Of a stretch of 64,000 bases of DNA, positions 36,273 through 46,728 are shown one piece after another. Position 1 is the first letter of the stretch. Each line of letters begins with the position of its first letter. Below the pieces are notes generated by a model. That model made no database searches, was not told the DNA's origin, and was given only the letters and a program-made list of their open reading frames with translations. Origin of the DNA: an uncultured Chryseobacterium sp. (GTDB lineage: Bacteria > Bacteroidota > Bacteroidia > Flavobacteriales_D > Sanyastnellaceae); contig CAZJCQ010000003.1 in assembly GCA_964544665.1 (NCBI GenBank), positions 36,850-100,849 of the forward strand, written 5' to 3'. Both the position numbers and the translations under genes were made by a program.

Positions 36273-38702
36273 ATGAAGATCTATTACAACATTCTTTTGG
36301 TGCTATTATTTGATTGTGGTTTGTCTGTGACTTATGGACAAAAAAACGATGAATTAATCGAGGTTACCGGAACCATTCTTGACAGTGCTCAAATGAAGGG
36401 GATTCCTGAAGCCCTAGTATTTACTGAAAAAAATGGCGTTAAAACCAAGTTGGATGGGTCATTCGCTATTCAAGTTCCTAAAAATACGCGTCAACTCAGG
36501 GTGGAACTCATCGGTTATTTCAGCAAGGCAATATCCCTGGACTTATCGAAAAACCATCATCTGGGCAATATTCTGCTGAGCAGCAAGGATCTCCAAATGG
36601 GATTCTTGGTTGTTTCTGCATCCAAGCATGAACAACGACTCGAAGAAGTGACGGTGAGTATGGAGATCATTCAACCTAAACTTTTTCAAGATAAAAACAT
36701 CACCTCCATCGACGAAGGGCTCCAACAAGCGCCTGGAGTAGCCATTGTAGATGACGAACCACAGATTCGAAGTGGGAGTGGATATAGTTTCGGTGCCGGT
36801 TCACGCGTTCAAGTCTTGATTGATGACATTCCTATTTTGAGTGGTGATGCTGGCAAAGCTTCATGGGCATTTCTACCACTTGAAAACATTGCACAAGTAG
36901 AAATCATTAAAGGCGCTAGCAGCGTTTTGTATGGAAGTTCTGCCTTGAGTGGGGTGATCCATTTCAGAACCGCCTACGCCACCAATCGTCCCATTACAAA
37001 ATTCCAAACTTGGTACGGCGCTTATCAAGCTCCCAAAGGATCTCGGTATTATTGGAAAGGGAATGGACAAAAAAACGGCCTGTATTTTTCTCACTCTGAA
37101 AAAAAAGGCCAATGGGATTGGTTGATTGCGACTACCATTCAAGGAGATGACGGCGCATTGGGTCCTGTAAAGGATTCTTTAGGGAACATGGTGGATTATG
37201 ATCATAATCCCTACACTGTCGATCGTTACGATGCGGAGACCAGAAGCAGATTGAATTTTCAACTAAGAAATAGAGTGAAAAGAATCAAAGGACTTTCGTG
37301 GGGTATTAACACCATTATTGCGCATAGTGAATCGAACGCTACTATGATTTGGGAAAATCTACAAGACGGATTGTACTCCTCCTATAAAGGAAGCACCACC
37401 CATGGAGATCAAGTATTATCCACTGTAGATCCTTTTATCGAATATTTTGGTAGGAAGGGAAGCAGACACACCTTCAAGTCTCGCTGGCAATCTTTGGATA
37501 ATTACAACAACAATCAGCAAGGAAATTTTAGTGATGTATTTTATTCTGAATACCAATATCAACAAGATTGGGAAAACTGGGGAGTTCCTCATCTCACCTC
37601 GACCGTCGGAATCGTTAACAGTTACACCGATGCGCGAGGACAAATTTTTATCGGAGGAAATCCGAATGGAGAGAACACCGCGCAAAATCAAGCGGCCTAC
37701 TTGCAGCTGGATGGCAAAATAAAAAAATCGTTCACCTACTCATTGGGGTGTCGATATGAGCAATTCACCGTGAACCAAGAAAAACAAGGGAAACCCGTAT
37801 TTAGGAGTGGTATCAATTACGCCCTTGGGCAAGCTACTTTCGTTCGTGCTTCTTATGGTCAAGGGTATCGATTCCCCAGTATTGCAGAAAAATTCGTTGT
37901 TACTTCCTTAGGCGCCATTAAAATTTTTGCCAATCCAGACATTAAAGCCGAGACCTCTGACAACATGGAGGTTGGCATTAAGCAAGGATTTAAAATGGGC
38001 GAGTTCAAAGGATTTATTGATGCGGCCGTCTTTCAACAACGCTTTGAAAATTTCATCGAATTCACCTTTGGACAATGGGGACCCAATCCCAGTATCGATA
38101 ATATGCTGGGATTTGGTTTTAAAAGTTTAAATACAGGTAAAGCCCAAGTAAGAGGGGCAGAGGTTTCGGTGATGGGAACCGGTAAAATAGCAGAAAATTG
38201 GACCTTCGATGTGTTAGGAGGATATACTTACACCCAGCCAGTTTCCACCACTCCTCAATTACAATATGCCAAACAGGATAGTGTGAATATTTACTATATC
38301 CCATTGCTAGCTAAACCCAGTTACATGAGCACTTCCTCTAATACAACAGGGAATATTTTAAAGTATCGAATGCAGCATTTGATACGCTGGGATATTGCCA
38401 TTAAACACAACCGCTTGAATTTCGGATACAGCTTCCGTTACAACAGCCACATGCAAAACATTGATGTCGCATTTGAAGAATTAGAAAGTCAATTTCCAAC
38501 TTTATTCAATCCTGGTATTCAAGAATGGAGAAATACGCATACAAAGGGAGACTACGTGATGGATGCTCGCATTGGATATCAATTTAAAAATTCAAATTTA
38601 TCTTTCGTGGTCAACAATTTCCTTAATCGATTATACTCAATTCGTCCTCTTGCAATAGAAGATCCTCGTAATTTCGCTATTCAATATAGTATCCAATTAT
38701 GA
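36273..38702 (+). CDS. TonB-dependent receptor with an N-terminal carboxypeptidase-regulatory-like domain
   Basis: Signal peptide, CarbopepD_reg-like segment, plug (IRSGSGYSFGAGSRVQVLIDDIPIL, VEIIKGASSVLYGSSALSGVI), beta-barrel and a C-terminal aromatic region. Confidence 0.8.
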   Translation: MKIYYNILLVLLFDCGLSVTYGQKNDELIEVTGTILDSAQMKGIPEALVFTEKNGVKTKLDGSFAIQVPKNTRQLRVELIGYFSKAISLDLSKNHHLGNILLSSKDLQMGFLVVSASKHEQRLEEVTVSMEIIQPKLFQDKNITSIDEGLQQAPGVAIVDDEPQIRSGSGYSFGAGSRVQVLIDDIPILSGDAGKASWAFLPLENIAQVEIIKGASSVLYGSSALSGVIHFRTAYATNRPITKFQTWYGAYQAPKGSRYYWKGNGQKNGLYFSHSEKKGQWDWLIATTIQGDDGALGPVKDSLGNMVDYDHNPYTVDRYDAETRSRLNFQLRNRVKRIKGLSWGINTIIAHSESNATMIWENLQDGLYSSYKGSTTHGDQVLSTVDPFIEYFGRKGSRHTFKSRWQSLDNYNNNQQGNFSDVFYSEYQYQQDWENWGVPHLTSTVGIVNSYTDARGQIFIGGNPNGENTAQNQAAYLQLDGKIKKSFTYSLGCRYEQFTVNQEKQGKPVFRSGINYALGQATFVRASYGQGYRFPSIAEKFVVTSLGAIKIFANPDIKAETSDNMEVGIKQGFKMGEFKGFIDAAVFQQRFENFIEFTFGQWGPNPSIDNMLGFGFKSLNTGKAQVRGAEVSVMGTGKIAENWTFDVLGGYTYTQPVSTTPQLQYAKQDSVNIYYIPLLAKPSYMSTSSNTTGNILKYRMQHLIRWDIAIKHNRLNFGYSFRYNSHMQNIDVAFEELESQFPTLFNPGIQEWRNTHTKGDYVMDARIGYQFKNSNLSFVVNNFLNRLYSIRPLAIEDPRNFAIQYSIQL

Positions 38703-39424
38703 CGAAAATTTTAGGAGTCATTCCTGCTCGAATGGGTAGCACTCGTTTCCCCGGAAAACCGCTGGCGATGATTCAAGAAAAACCGATGATTCAATGGGTT
38801 TGGGAAGGTTGTCAAAAAAGTAAATTCGTTCAAGAATGGATAGTGGCAACAGACCATATCAACATCTTCGAGACAGTCGTTCAATTTGGGGGAAAGGCCA
38901 TCATGACGGATGTTCTTCATGCAAGTGGTACCGATCGTTGTGTAGAGGCATGGAAAAAATCAAGTCCTGAATTTACACATGTCATCAATGTTCAAGGGGA
39001 TGAACCCCTCATTGAAAGCGACCAGATTGATGCCTTGTTAAAAAAACTTCTGGAATCCGATTCCTCCATCGCTACCCTCGTCAAGCGAAATGAAAATTGG
39101 GATGACTTTCATAATCCCAATCGTGTGAAAGTAGTAATCGATCAACAGGGAAAAGCCCTCTATTTTTCTCGCTCTCCTATTCCTTATCAAAAAAGAGAGG
39201 AATTTCAATTCTTCTGGAAACACATGGGGATGTATGCCTTTTCTGCAGCAGGACTAGAATCCATTACCACACTGCCATTGAGTATATTGGAAAAATCAGA
39301 GTCATTGGAACAATTAAGATGGTTGGAAAGCGGAATGCACATTCAAACTGCTGAAACTGAATTAGAAACACCCAGCGTAGACACGCCAGATGATCTCCAG
39401 CTCATTTTGGATCAATTGTCTTAA
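38699..39424 (+). CDS. kdsB: 3-deoxy-manno-octulosonate cytidylyltransferase (CMP-Kdo synthetase)
   Basis: ILGVIPARMGSTRFPGKPL, NVQGDEPLI and LEQLRWLE motifs. Confidence 0.9.
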   Translation: MTKILGVIPARMGSTRFPGKPLAMIQEKPMIQWVWEGCQKSKFVQEWIVATDHINIFETVVQFGGKAIMTDVLHASGTDRCVEAWKKSSPEFTHVINVQGDEPLIESDQIDALLKKLLESDSSIATLVKRNENWDDFHNPNRVKVVIDQQGKALYFSRSPIPYQKREEFQFFWKHMGMYAFSAAGLESITTLPLSILEKSESLEQLRWLESGMHIQTAETELETPSVDTPDDLQLILDQLS

Positions 39425-39434
39425 AAATTTGAAT

Positions 39435-39442
39435 TATATTTG
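39435..39442 (+). promoter_or_regulatory. -7 promoter box TATATTTG, 4 nt upstream of the ATG
   Basis: TATATTTG-AGCA-ATG (39447). Confidence 0.4.
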
Positions 39443-39446
39443 AGCA

Positions 39447-40475
39447 ATGAATTTAGCGGCCTTTATCGAAGAATTACTTTGGGAACATGATTGCGTCATT
39501 GTTCCCGGATGGGGTGGTTTCATTACCAATTATCAATCCGCTAAAATCAACCCTATTTCCCACGAAATCAAACCTCCTTCTCGGCAGTTGAGTTTCAATA
39601 AGCATCTGCAACAGCAAGATGGCCTGTTACAAAGTCATGTAGCCAAGATGGTCGGAATTCCTATGCAAAACGCCCAAGAATTGATTCAAAATTGGGTTCG
39701 TCAACAGTTTTCCTCGCTTCACAATGGTGAGAGAATTTTAATGCCCAACTTGGGATTATTCTCTTTGGACATGAATGGGCAAGTTCAATTCATTCCAAAC
39801 GAACAGGCCTCTTTTTTAAAATCATCATTCGGATTATCGCCGGTGTTGTTACAAGTTGCGCAACCGCACAAACTCATTAAACCAGAGGGTAACACAGAAA
39901 ATAGTGGGGTTAGAAAATGGGTGATGGCAGCCAGTATAGCAATTGCCTTGGGCCTCGGGGCGTTTGGAGTTCAACGTTCGATCACTAACACCGACTTCGC
40001 AGGTTGGGGTGGAAATACGAATGTGTCCGCTCAATATGCTCCCGTTCTATACCCTACTCCATTGCCAACTGTGAAGAAAAGTGCTGATGAAGATCTTCGT
40101 TTGTTAGCAGAAAATTTAGAACAATCACAAGCAGAAAAAGTTGCCAATTCTCATTCACTTCTAACACAAGAAGATCAGACAACTTCACCCATTAACTCAT
40201 CCAAGGTGGTTGAAAAACCGAAACCCGTGGTAAAGAAAAATGAGGCTACAAACAATGCAAAAAAAACTTGGATTGTAGGTGGTGTTTTCGTCTCTAAGGA
40301 AAATGCGGAAAACAAGCTCCAAGAAATGAAAGCGCAAGGATTTAAAAATGCTAAATTGGTGATGCTTCAGGATCGATATTACACCATTTATGGCGAAGCC
40401 TCCACGGTGAAAGAGGAAATCCAATTACGAAATCAAGCAGCGCAAGTCGATCCTTATGCCTGGACAAAACGATAA
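39447..40475 (+). CDS. HU-CCDC81-like N-terminal domain / SPOR C-terminal domain protein
   Basis: N-terminus FIEELLWEHDCVIVPGWGGFITNYQSAKI, one TM helix, and a C-terminal SPOR-like WIVGGVFVSKENAENKLQEMKAQGF. Confidence 0.6.
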   Translation: MNLAAFIEELLWEHDCVIVPGWGGFITNYQSAKINPISHEIKPPSRQLSFNKHLQQQDGLLQSHVAKMVGIPMQNAQELIQNWVRQQFSSLHNGERILMPNLGLFSLDMNGQVQFIPNEQASFLKSSFGLSPVLLQVAQPHKLIKPEGNTENSGVRKWVMAASIAIALGLGAFGVQRSITNTDFAGWGGNTNVSAQYAPVLYPTPLPTVKKSADEDLRLLAENLEQSQAEKVANSHSLLTQEDQTTSPINSSKVVEKPKPVVKKNEATNNAKKTWIVGGVFVSKENAENKLQEMKAQGFKNAKLVMLQDRYYTIYGEASTVKEEIQLRNQAAQVDPYAWTKR

Positions 40476-41107
40476 TGTCCGTTAGTATTAAAAACATCAT
40501 TCTCGATTTTGGCGGTGTCTTATTTGAAATAGACTACCACGCTCCACACCGCGAATTCGCACAACTCGGTTGGCAGGAATTTAACATCGATTATTCTCAA
40601 TCCGCTCAAAATGAAATTTATGATTTACTGGAAATCGGGGCGATTGAACCAAAAACATTTTGGGATTATTTGACTTCCAAAATGCCGAATATCCCTTTCG
40701 ATGAAATTGAACGGGCATGGAATAGTATATTACTTCATCCCATTTCCCATCGAATAGAAAAACTTCACTTATTAAAATCCCATTATCATACTTGCTTGCT
40801 AAGTAATACCAATGCGATTCACGCTCCCGTATTTGAAAGAATGATGCAGGCAACAGGAGAATGGCAAATGATGTTAGATAACCTCGATGCTATTCATTAC
40901 AGTCACGACTTAAAAATGAGAAAACCACATCCTGAAACATTTTTACATGTCTGTGAATTACATCAGTTCGACCCTCAAGAAACCATCTTTGTTGACGACT
41001 CCATTCAACATGTAAAAGGCGCTATCGATGCAGGCCTCATAGGTCTTCATCTGACACCGGAAATTGAGCTCTTTGAGTTACTCGAAAAATCAGGTGTTAG
41101 GCTTTGA
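40475..41107 (+). CDS. HAD-superfamily hydrolase (subfamily IA, YihX-like)
   Basis: Motif I ILDFGGVLF, motif II LLSNTN and motif IV FVDDS. Confidence 0.7.
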   Translation: MSVSIKNIILDFGGVLFEIDYHAPHREFAQLGWQEFNIDYSQSAQNEIYDLLEIGAIEPKTFWDYLTSKMPNIPFDEIERAWNSILLHPISHRIEKLHLLKSHYHTCLLSNTNAIHAPVFERMMQATGEWQMMLDNLDAIHYSHDLKMRKPHPETFLHVCELHQFDPQETIFVDDSIQHVKGAIDAGLIGLHLTPEIELFELLEKSGVRL

Positions 41108-43175
41108 TACCTACCAAGTCAAGCATAAAAGCATACTCCATCGCCACCTCTTTTAAAGCCTCAAATCGACCAGACTTTCCGCCATGTCCTGCATCCATAT
41201 TGCACCAAAAAAGAATGGGGTTTTCGCTGATGTTATAATCCCTGAGCTTGGCAATATACTTAGCAGGTTCCCAATATTGAACTTGGCTATCCCAATATCC
41301 TGTGGTTACTAAAATATTGGGATATGCTTGAGACACGATATTGTCATAGGGCGAATACGACTTCATGTAAAAATAATATTCCGAATCTTTGGGATTTCCC
41401 CATTCATCAAATTCAAAGGTGGTCAGTGGAATGGATTCATCCAACATCGTAGTCACTACATCCACAAAAGGCACAGCAGATATGATGCCTTTGAATAACT
41501 GTGGTGCTTGATTGGCAACGACTCCCATCAATAATCCTCCTGCACTTCCTCCCATCGCAAATAGACCCTGCTCAGAGGTATAGCCTTGAGCGACTAAATA
41601 GGTTCCACAATCAATAAAATCGTGGAAAGTGTTCATTTTCTTCAATAGCTTACCTTCCTCATACCACTGTCTGCCCATTTCTTGCCCACCTCTGATATGC
41701 GCAATGGCAAAGGCAAATCCTCGATCTAACAATGATAATCGGCCAGAGCTAAAACCAGCATCTATGCTATGGCCATAACTTCCATAGGCATACAACAGGA
41801 GCGGAGCCTTTCCGTTTCGCTCCAAATTTCTTTTATAAACAATAGACAGCGGTATCATTGCTCCATCTCTCGCTGGGACCATTATACGCTCACATTGATA
41901 TTGCGTGGCATCGTATCCTCCTACCACTTCTTGTTGCTTTAAAAGACAACTCTCTTTGGTTTTCATATTAAAATCGAAAGTAGAGGCGGGTGTTACCATA
42001 GAGGAGTAGCCATATCTTAATATTTCGGTATCAAAATCATAATTGGCTCCAACTCCGGCGGCATAAGCCGCATCTGGAAAGGGGAGGTAATAATCATCTC
42101 CGCCATCCCATCGTATGATTCTGATATGCGTCAATCCATTTTTCCGCTCATCTACCACCATATATTCACGGAAAATCTCCACTCCTTCGAGTAAAACATC
42201 CGCGCGATGTGCAATTACCTCTTGCCAATATTTTCTGTCCGTCTGATCTAACTTACATTTCATCAACCGAAAATTCTTTGCCTCCCAATTGGTCGTGATG
42301 TAAAAATGATCCTCGTAATGATCAATACCATACTCATGGTTCTCCGATCGAGCCTCGAACAAGGTGAATTCACTCTCTGGCTCATCTGACTTGATGTAAC
42401 GATATTCTTTCATTAACGTTTGAGAACTTCCGATGATGATGTACGCCTCACTTTTGGTTTTAAATACAAAACAAGAAAATTCCTCATCGTCCTCCTGAAA
42501 AACAAGCACATCCTCCGTTTGGGATGTTCCTATAACATGACGCCAAATTTGAAAATCTCGCAAGGTTTGAGGATCTTTCTTGGTATAAAAAACCGTGCGA
42601 TTATCTGCAGCCCATGTGGCTCTTCCCGAAGTCCCATCTAAGACTTCGGAAACATCCGAAGCGCCTTCCAAATTCTTGAACTTAATTTGATATATTCTTC
42701 GACTGACCTCATCAGTTCCATAAGCCATCCAACGATTATCTTGACTGATCGTCATACCTCCCAAAGCCCAATATGACTTACCCTCCGCTAAAGCAGGACC
42801 ATCAATTAACACCTCCTCTGAAGCCGTTAAACTTTCTTTTTTTCGACAATAAAATGCATAATCCTTGCCTTCTTCAAAACGGGTGTAATACCAATATCCA
42901 TTATCCTTAACGGGGACACTTTGATCCGTTTCCTTGATTCTTCCCTTCATCTCCAAAAACAACTTCTCCTGCAAACCTTCTGTATGCGCTAATTTCGACT
43001 TGGTGTAGGCATTTTCTTGAGCCAGATAAGTCAATACTTCTTGTGTTTGCTCATCCTTATCAGTAGCGTTTTTTTGATCATCCGATAATCTCATCCAATA
43101 ATATGGATCCACTCGCAGATCATCATGGATACTCATATCATGCTTTCTTTGTCGAGGTTTTGGTAATGCGGTCAT
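41097..43175 (-). CDS. S9A prolyl oligopeptidase-family serine peptidase, oligopeptidase B-like
   Basis: DPYYWMR N-terminus, beta-propeller region, nucleophile GGSAGGLLMG and C-terminal DAGHGG. Confidence 0.85.
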   Translation of the reverse strand: MTALPKPRQRKHDMSIHDDLRVDPYYWMRLSDDQKNATDKDEQTQEVLTYLAQENAYTKSKLAHTEGLQEKLFLEMKGRIKETDQSVPVKDNGYWYYTRFEEGKDYAFYCRKKESLTASEEVLIDGPALAEGKSYWALGGMTISQDNRWMAYGTDEVSRRIYQIKFKNLEGASDVSEVLDGTSGRATWAADNRTVFYTKKDPQTLRDFQIWRHVIGTSQTEDVLVFQEDDEEFSCFVFKTKSEAYIIIGSSQTLMKEYRYIKSDEPESEFTLFEARSENHEYGIDHYEDHFYITTNWEAKNFRLMKCKLDQTDRKYWQEVIAHRADVLLEGVEIFREYMVVDERKNGLTHIRIIRWDGGDDYYLPFPDAAYAAGVGANYDFDTEILRYGYSSMVTPASTFDFNMKTKESCLLKQQEVVGGYDATQYQCERIMVPARDGAMIPLSIVYKRNLERNGKAPLLLYAYGSYGHSIDAGFSSGRLSLLDRGFAFAIAHIRGGQEMGRQWYEEGKLLKKMNTFHDFIDCGTYLVAQGYTSEQGLFAMGGSAGGLLMGVVANQAPQLFKGIISAVPFVDVVTTMLDESIPLTTFEFDEWGNPKDSEYYFYMKSYSPYDNIVSQAYPNILVTTGYWDSQVQYWEPAKYIAKLRDYNISENPILFWCNMDAGHGGKSGRFEALKEVAMEYAFMLDLVGIKA

Positions 43176-43178
43176 TGA

Positions 43179-43862
43179 TTATGGTTTAAATATTTGTTGC
43201 ATCATCCACCAATCTGACGGATGAGTAATTTTAAAATTCAATTTATCTCCTGGTACAAAATGCAACGGAAGACCCTTACTTTCCAATACGGATGCATCGT
43301 CCGTAAAGAGGGGTTGAAAAGCTTCGTTATAAGCCTTCTTTAAATCTTGTAATCGAAAGCATTGCGGAGTTTGAATCAGCATCACCTCATTTCGTGGGAT
43401 GACTTCACAAGATTCATGTGATCGAATTCGAACACTATCTGATGGTTCCGTAAAAGGAATGGCTGATCCCAAAAGTTTGCATTGCTCCATCCATTTTTCA
43501 ATATGTTCCGCTTGAATATTCGGTCGTGCCGCATCGTGTATGGCAACAATTGCCGGCTGATCCGGAAGTTGATCTATCGCATTACGCACGGAGTGATAAC
43601 GCTCCACTCCACCCTCCACCACTTGATGATCGGGTATTTGATATTGCTCGCACCATTTTTTCCATTGCGCTATCATATCGGCATGGAGGACCACCCACAC
43701 TTCACAACCCGCTTGAGAATATCGTAAAATGGACCAATACAAAACGGGGTAATTCGCCAATATTAAAAATTGCTTGGGAATGGGCTCCCCTAATCTAAGT
43801 CCTTTGCCCGCTGCTACTATGATCGCAATTCTTTTCACTTTACTTGGGATTTGAAGCAACAA
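43179..43862 (-). CDS. ispD: 2-C-methyl-D-erythritol 4-phosphate cytidylyltransferase
   Basis: IAIIVAAGKGLRLG P-loop-like motif, VAIHDAARP and TPQCF. The exact start is uncertain. Confidence 0.85.
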   Translation of the reverse strand: MLLQIPSKVKRIAIIVAAGKGLRLGEPIPKQFLILANYPVLYWSILRYSQAGCEVWVVLHADMIAQWKKWCEQYQIPDHQVVEGGVERYHSVRNAIDQLPDQPAIVAIHDAARPNIQAEHIEKWMEQCKLLGSAIPFTEPSDSVRIRSHESCEVIPRNEVMLIQTPQCFRLQDLKKAYNEAFQPLFTDDASVLESKGLPLHFVPGDKLNFKITHPSDWWMMQQIFKP

Positions 43863-43936
43863 AGAAACACATAACCCCCAAAAAATTGAGGAAACAGTTA
43901 TTACTTTTTTCCTTACCTTAGCGCAAAAGTATCGTT

Positions 43937-46699
43937 ATGAGAAGTTTAGCCAAGATTTCATCCTTTCTGCTCGTGTTGTTCCTGACCATGAACACCCAAG
44001 CACAAATTTTAGATGATTTTGAAACTACCAACAACTGGAATCCCTCGGTAAATGCAGAATGGGAGGCTTCCAGTACAACCCCTATTGCCGGTGCCAAGTC
44101 ACTGAAACATGAAGGGAATGGGACTACTTCTGGAAGTACAAAATTTTCAAATGTGTCACGAGCAATGCCCGCAATTTTGAGTAATCTGACAGGTTCCACT
44201 ACCACTTGGGAATTTAAAATAAAAACCTCTGGAAAGGGAGTGAGTGCCAGTCAAAAATTTTGGATTGTTTTAGCCGCTAATGGTAGCAATACCCGAATGC
44301 CTAACACTTCCAATGTTGTGGACATCTCAGTTCCCAGCTTGAATGGAATCAATGGATACGCCATTGGCGTTAATCCGCTTTCCAGCACCGCCACCGCAAG
44401 ACCTTTGAAATTGATGCGCTTGAACAATAGTGCTCAAACAGACTTAGTGAATGTCAATGGTTCACTTTATTCAGGAAATTATGGCACCAGCACCGCAGGA
44501 TACAATGTGGTAGGAATCAAAGTGGTCAGAACCCCTTCTGCGGCCTGGACCGTTTATGCCGATTTCAATAATGACGGCACGTACGAAGTGGTAACCAGTC
44601 CTGTTACTGACAACAATTTCAACAACATGAGCTTTGTAGGAGCTTCCCTTCGTTGGCCCACCACCGCAACAGCCAGTACCACCTTAGCAGGAAAAATGTT
44701 CATTGATAATTTCAGTGTGAGTCAAACGGCTACACCCGTGACCTATTACAGCATCGCCAATGGCAATATGAATGGACCAGGGGTGTGGTCCCTGTCTGCA
44801 GGAGGACCAGCTGTAACTCCTAGTTTTAACTATGCCTCGAGTTTGATTATTGCTCACAATATTTCCATCGATGGAAGTTATGCGTTGAGTAATGTCACAT
44901 TAAACGCAGGTGGCACGCTTACCGCGGCCAGTGCGGCTCAAACCCTCACCATCACCGGAAACTGGATCAATAATAACAATTCAGCGGCTTTTAATGGGAA
45001 TTTTGACAATACCTGTTGCACCAGTGGATGTAGAGTGACCATGGGTGGTACGAATGCCCAAACCATCGGAGGAAGTGCAGGAACAAGGTTCATGGAATTA
45101 CAAATCAATAATGCGGCGGGCGTTACTTTAATCGCTCCCGTTTATGTGACCGCTGCTGTGATTCCTACGTTGGGAACACTCACGACCAATGGAACAGGAG
45201 GAAGTTTAGCCCTTTTATCTTCCATTAACTGTTCCGGATCTATCGCTGCTATTTCCAGCAGTTCGGATGTTTCGGGGCCCATCACCCTTCAACGATACAT
45301 TCCGGCCCTCGATAGAGCCAGTTGGAACTTCCTTTCTTGCCCCTTATACGCCAATGCCGCACTCACTGCTGGACTGACTCCAACGGCTGCATGGTCAGGA
45401 GCTACTCTCAATGGGGTTACCTATCCTGCACTAACCATGAACACATCCAGCATAAAGTGGTATGACGAAACCATGTCGGGTGTGAGCAATTTTGGCTTTA
45501 CTGTGATTAATCCAACCACGGGAACCATCAATCCTCGATGGGGATTAAATGTATACTCAGCGGCCTCGGCTCTTACCCTGAATCCTACTGGTTATATCAG
45601 TAAAGGAAACATTAATATTCCCATGACCTACACCGCATTAGGCGCGCCTGAATCTTGGGGAAGAAATTTAATGGCCAACCCATACCCCTCAGAAATCAAC
45701 TGGGATTTGGTAGAAGCTGCGAGTTCAGATGTCGGCGCATATTACGTCTATGATTACGAAACCAACAACTATTTATATTACAATCCCAACGATGGCCTAT
45801 TCAATACCACTACTGCTTACCCCAATGGGATTGGAAAATACATTCCGCACAGTCAAAGTTTCTTTGTCATCTGCAATGCCACCAATCAAAGTCTGAACTT
45901 CACAGAAAATATGAAAACCAATCGTTGTACTCCAAAATCATTTGAGCGAGCCACTGCACTTCCCGCAGTCGCGCTGCACTTATTGGATAATCAACAACAA
46001 GTAAAGGATGCATCCAACATTTCCCATCATTTAAATTCTACCATGGGAATCAATCCAGGATGGGATGTTATCGATATGTATGATTTGGAAAACAATCCTT
46101 TTAATCTCTCTCTTTTGAGCGAAGAGAAGGTGATGCTGATGGCCTCTTCTATTTCTTTAGAGGAAAAAAACAGCATTCCAGTATACCTCGATTTACACAA
46201 TGACATGGATGCCTTTGACTACGCCCTGGTTAAAATTTCAACGGTATCGGAAAATGGAAATTGGTTTATTCAAAATCAAATCGCCAATGAGCCCATAACC
46301 GTCCTTTCAGGATCCCAAAATCAATGGGTAGCGCCTCAGCAATGGATAGCTGTCAAAGAAGGAGATATAATAAGAATACCTTACCGTGGCGACTTCCATA
46401 GTACTGCATTCATCATGCAAAATTGTGTAAACAACGATTGTCCTCAAAATGAAGACTCCTCACCATCACCATTTAAAATCACCACCCGACAATCCAACCA
46501 TTCAATTCAGTTCTTTGCCAATGGACAAACCATGACGCAGTACTGGATATATAATCCGGCTGGTCAGTTGGTAGAAATGAATAATGCACTTAGTACGAAC
46601 ATTGAAATTTCAACAGTGCAATTGGTGCCCGGCATTTACACCATCAAAATTGCAGATGATTCCGGAGCCATGGATGTGACTCGCTTTATTGTCAAATAA
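43937..46699 (+). CDS. Large (920 aa) secreted protein of unknown function with a T9SS C-terminal sorting domain
   Basis: Signal peptide ...LTMNTQAQ. N-terminal jelly-roll-like region. Thr/Ala/Asn-rich beta-helix-like middle. C-terminus IYNPAGQLV...GIYTIKI...FIVK. Confidence 0.65.
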   Translation: MRSLAKISSFLLVLFLTMNTQAQILDDFETTNNWNPSVNAEWEASSTTPIAGAKSLKHEGNGTTSGSTKFSNVSRAMPAILSNLTGSTTTWEFKIKTSGKGVSASQKFWIVLAANGSNTRMPNTSNVVDISVPSLNGINGYAIGVNPLSSTATARPLKLMRLNNSAQTDLVNVNGSLYSGNYGTSTAGYNVVGIKVVRTPSAAWTVYADFNNDGTYEVVTSPVTDNNFNNMSFVGASLRWPTTATASTTLAGKMFIDNFSVSQTATPVTYYSIANGNMNGPGVWSLSAGGPAVTPSFNYASSLIIAHNISIDGSYALSNVTLNAGGTLTAASAAQTLTITGNWINNNNSAAFNGNFDNTCCTSGCRVTMGGTNAQTIGGSAGTRFMELQINNAAGVTLIAPVYVTAAVIPTLGTLTTNGTGGSLALLSSINCSGSIAAISSSSDVSGPITLQRYIPALDRASWNFLSCPLYANAALTAGLTPTAAWSGATLNGVTYPALTMNTSSIKWYDETMSGVSNFGFTVINPTTGTINPRWGLNVYSAASALTLNPTGYISKGNINIPMTYTALGAPESWGRNLMANPYPSEINWDLVEAASSDVGAYYVYDYETNNYLYYNPNDGLFNTTTAYPNGIGKYIPHSQSFFVICNATNQSLNFTENMKTNRCTPKSFERATALPAVALHLLDNQQQVKDASNISHHLNSTMGINPGWDVIDMYDLENNPFNLSLLSEEKVMLMASSISLEEKNSIPVYLDLHNDMDAFDYALVKISTVSENGNWFIQNQIANEPITVLSGSQNQWVAPQQWIAVKEGDIIRIPYRGDFHSTAFIMQNCVNNDCPQNEDSSPSPFKITTRQSNHSIQFFANGQTMTQYWIYNPAGQLVEMNNALSTNIEISTVQLVPGIYTIKIADDSGAMDVTRFIVK

Positions 46700-46728
46700 C
46701 AAAGGAGCCCAGCGCCCCTTTTTTGATC

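Noticed and set aside
40475-41107. The HAD hydrolase has DFG instead of the canonical DxD nucleophile motif, which could indicate a pseudo-enzyme.
   Set aside because: The D-x-G variant (FDLG... in E. coli YihX) is normal for this HAD-IA subgroup, so it is not evidence of inactivation.
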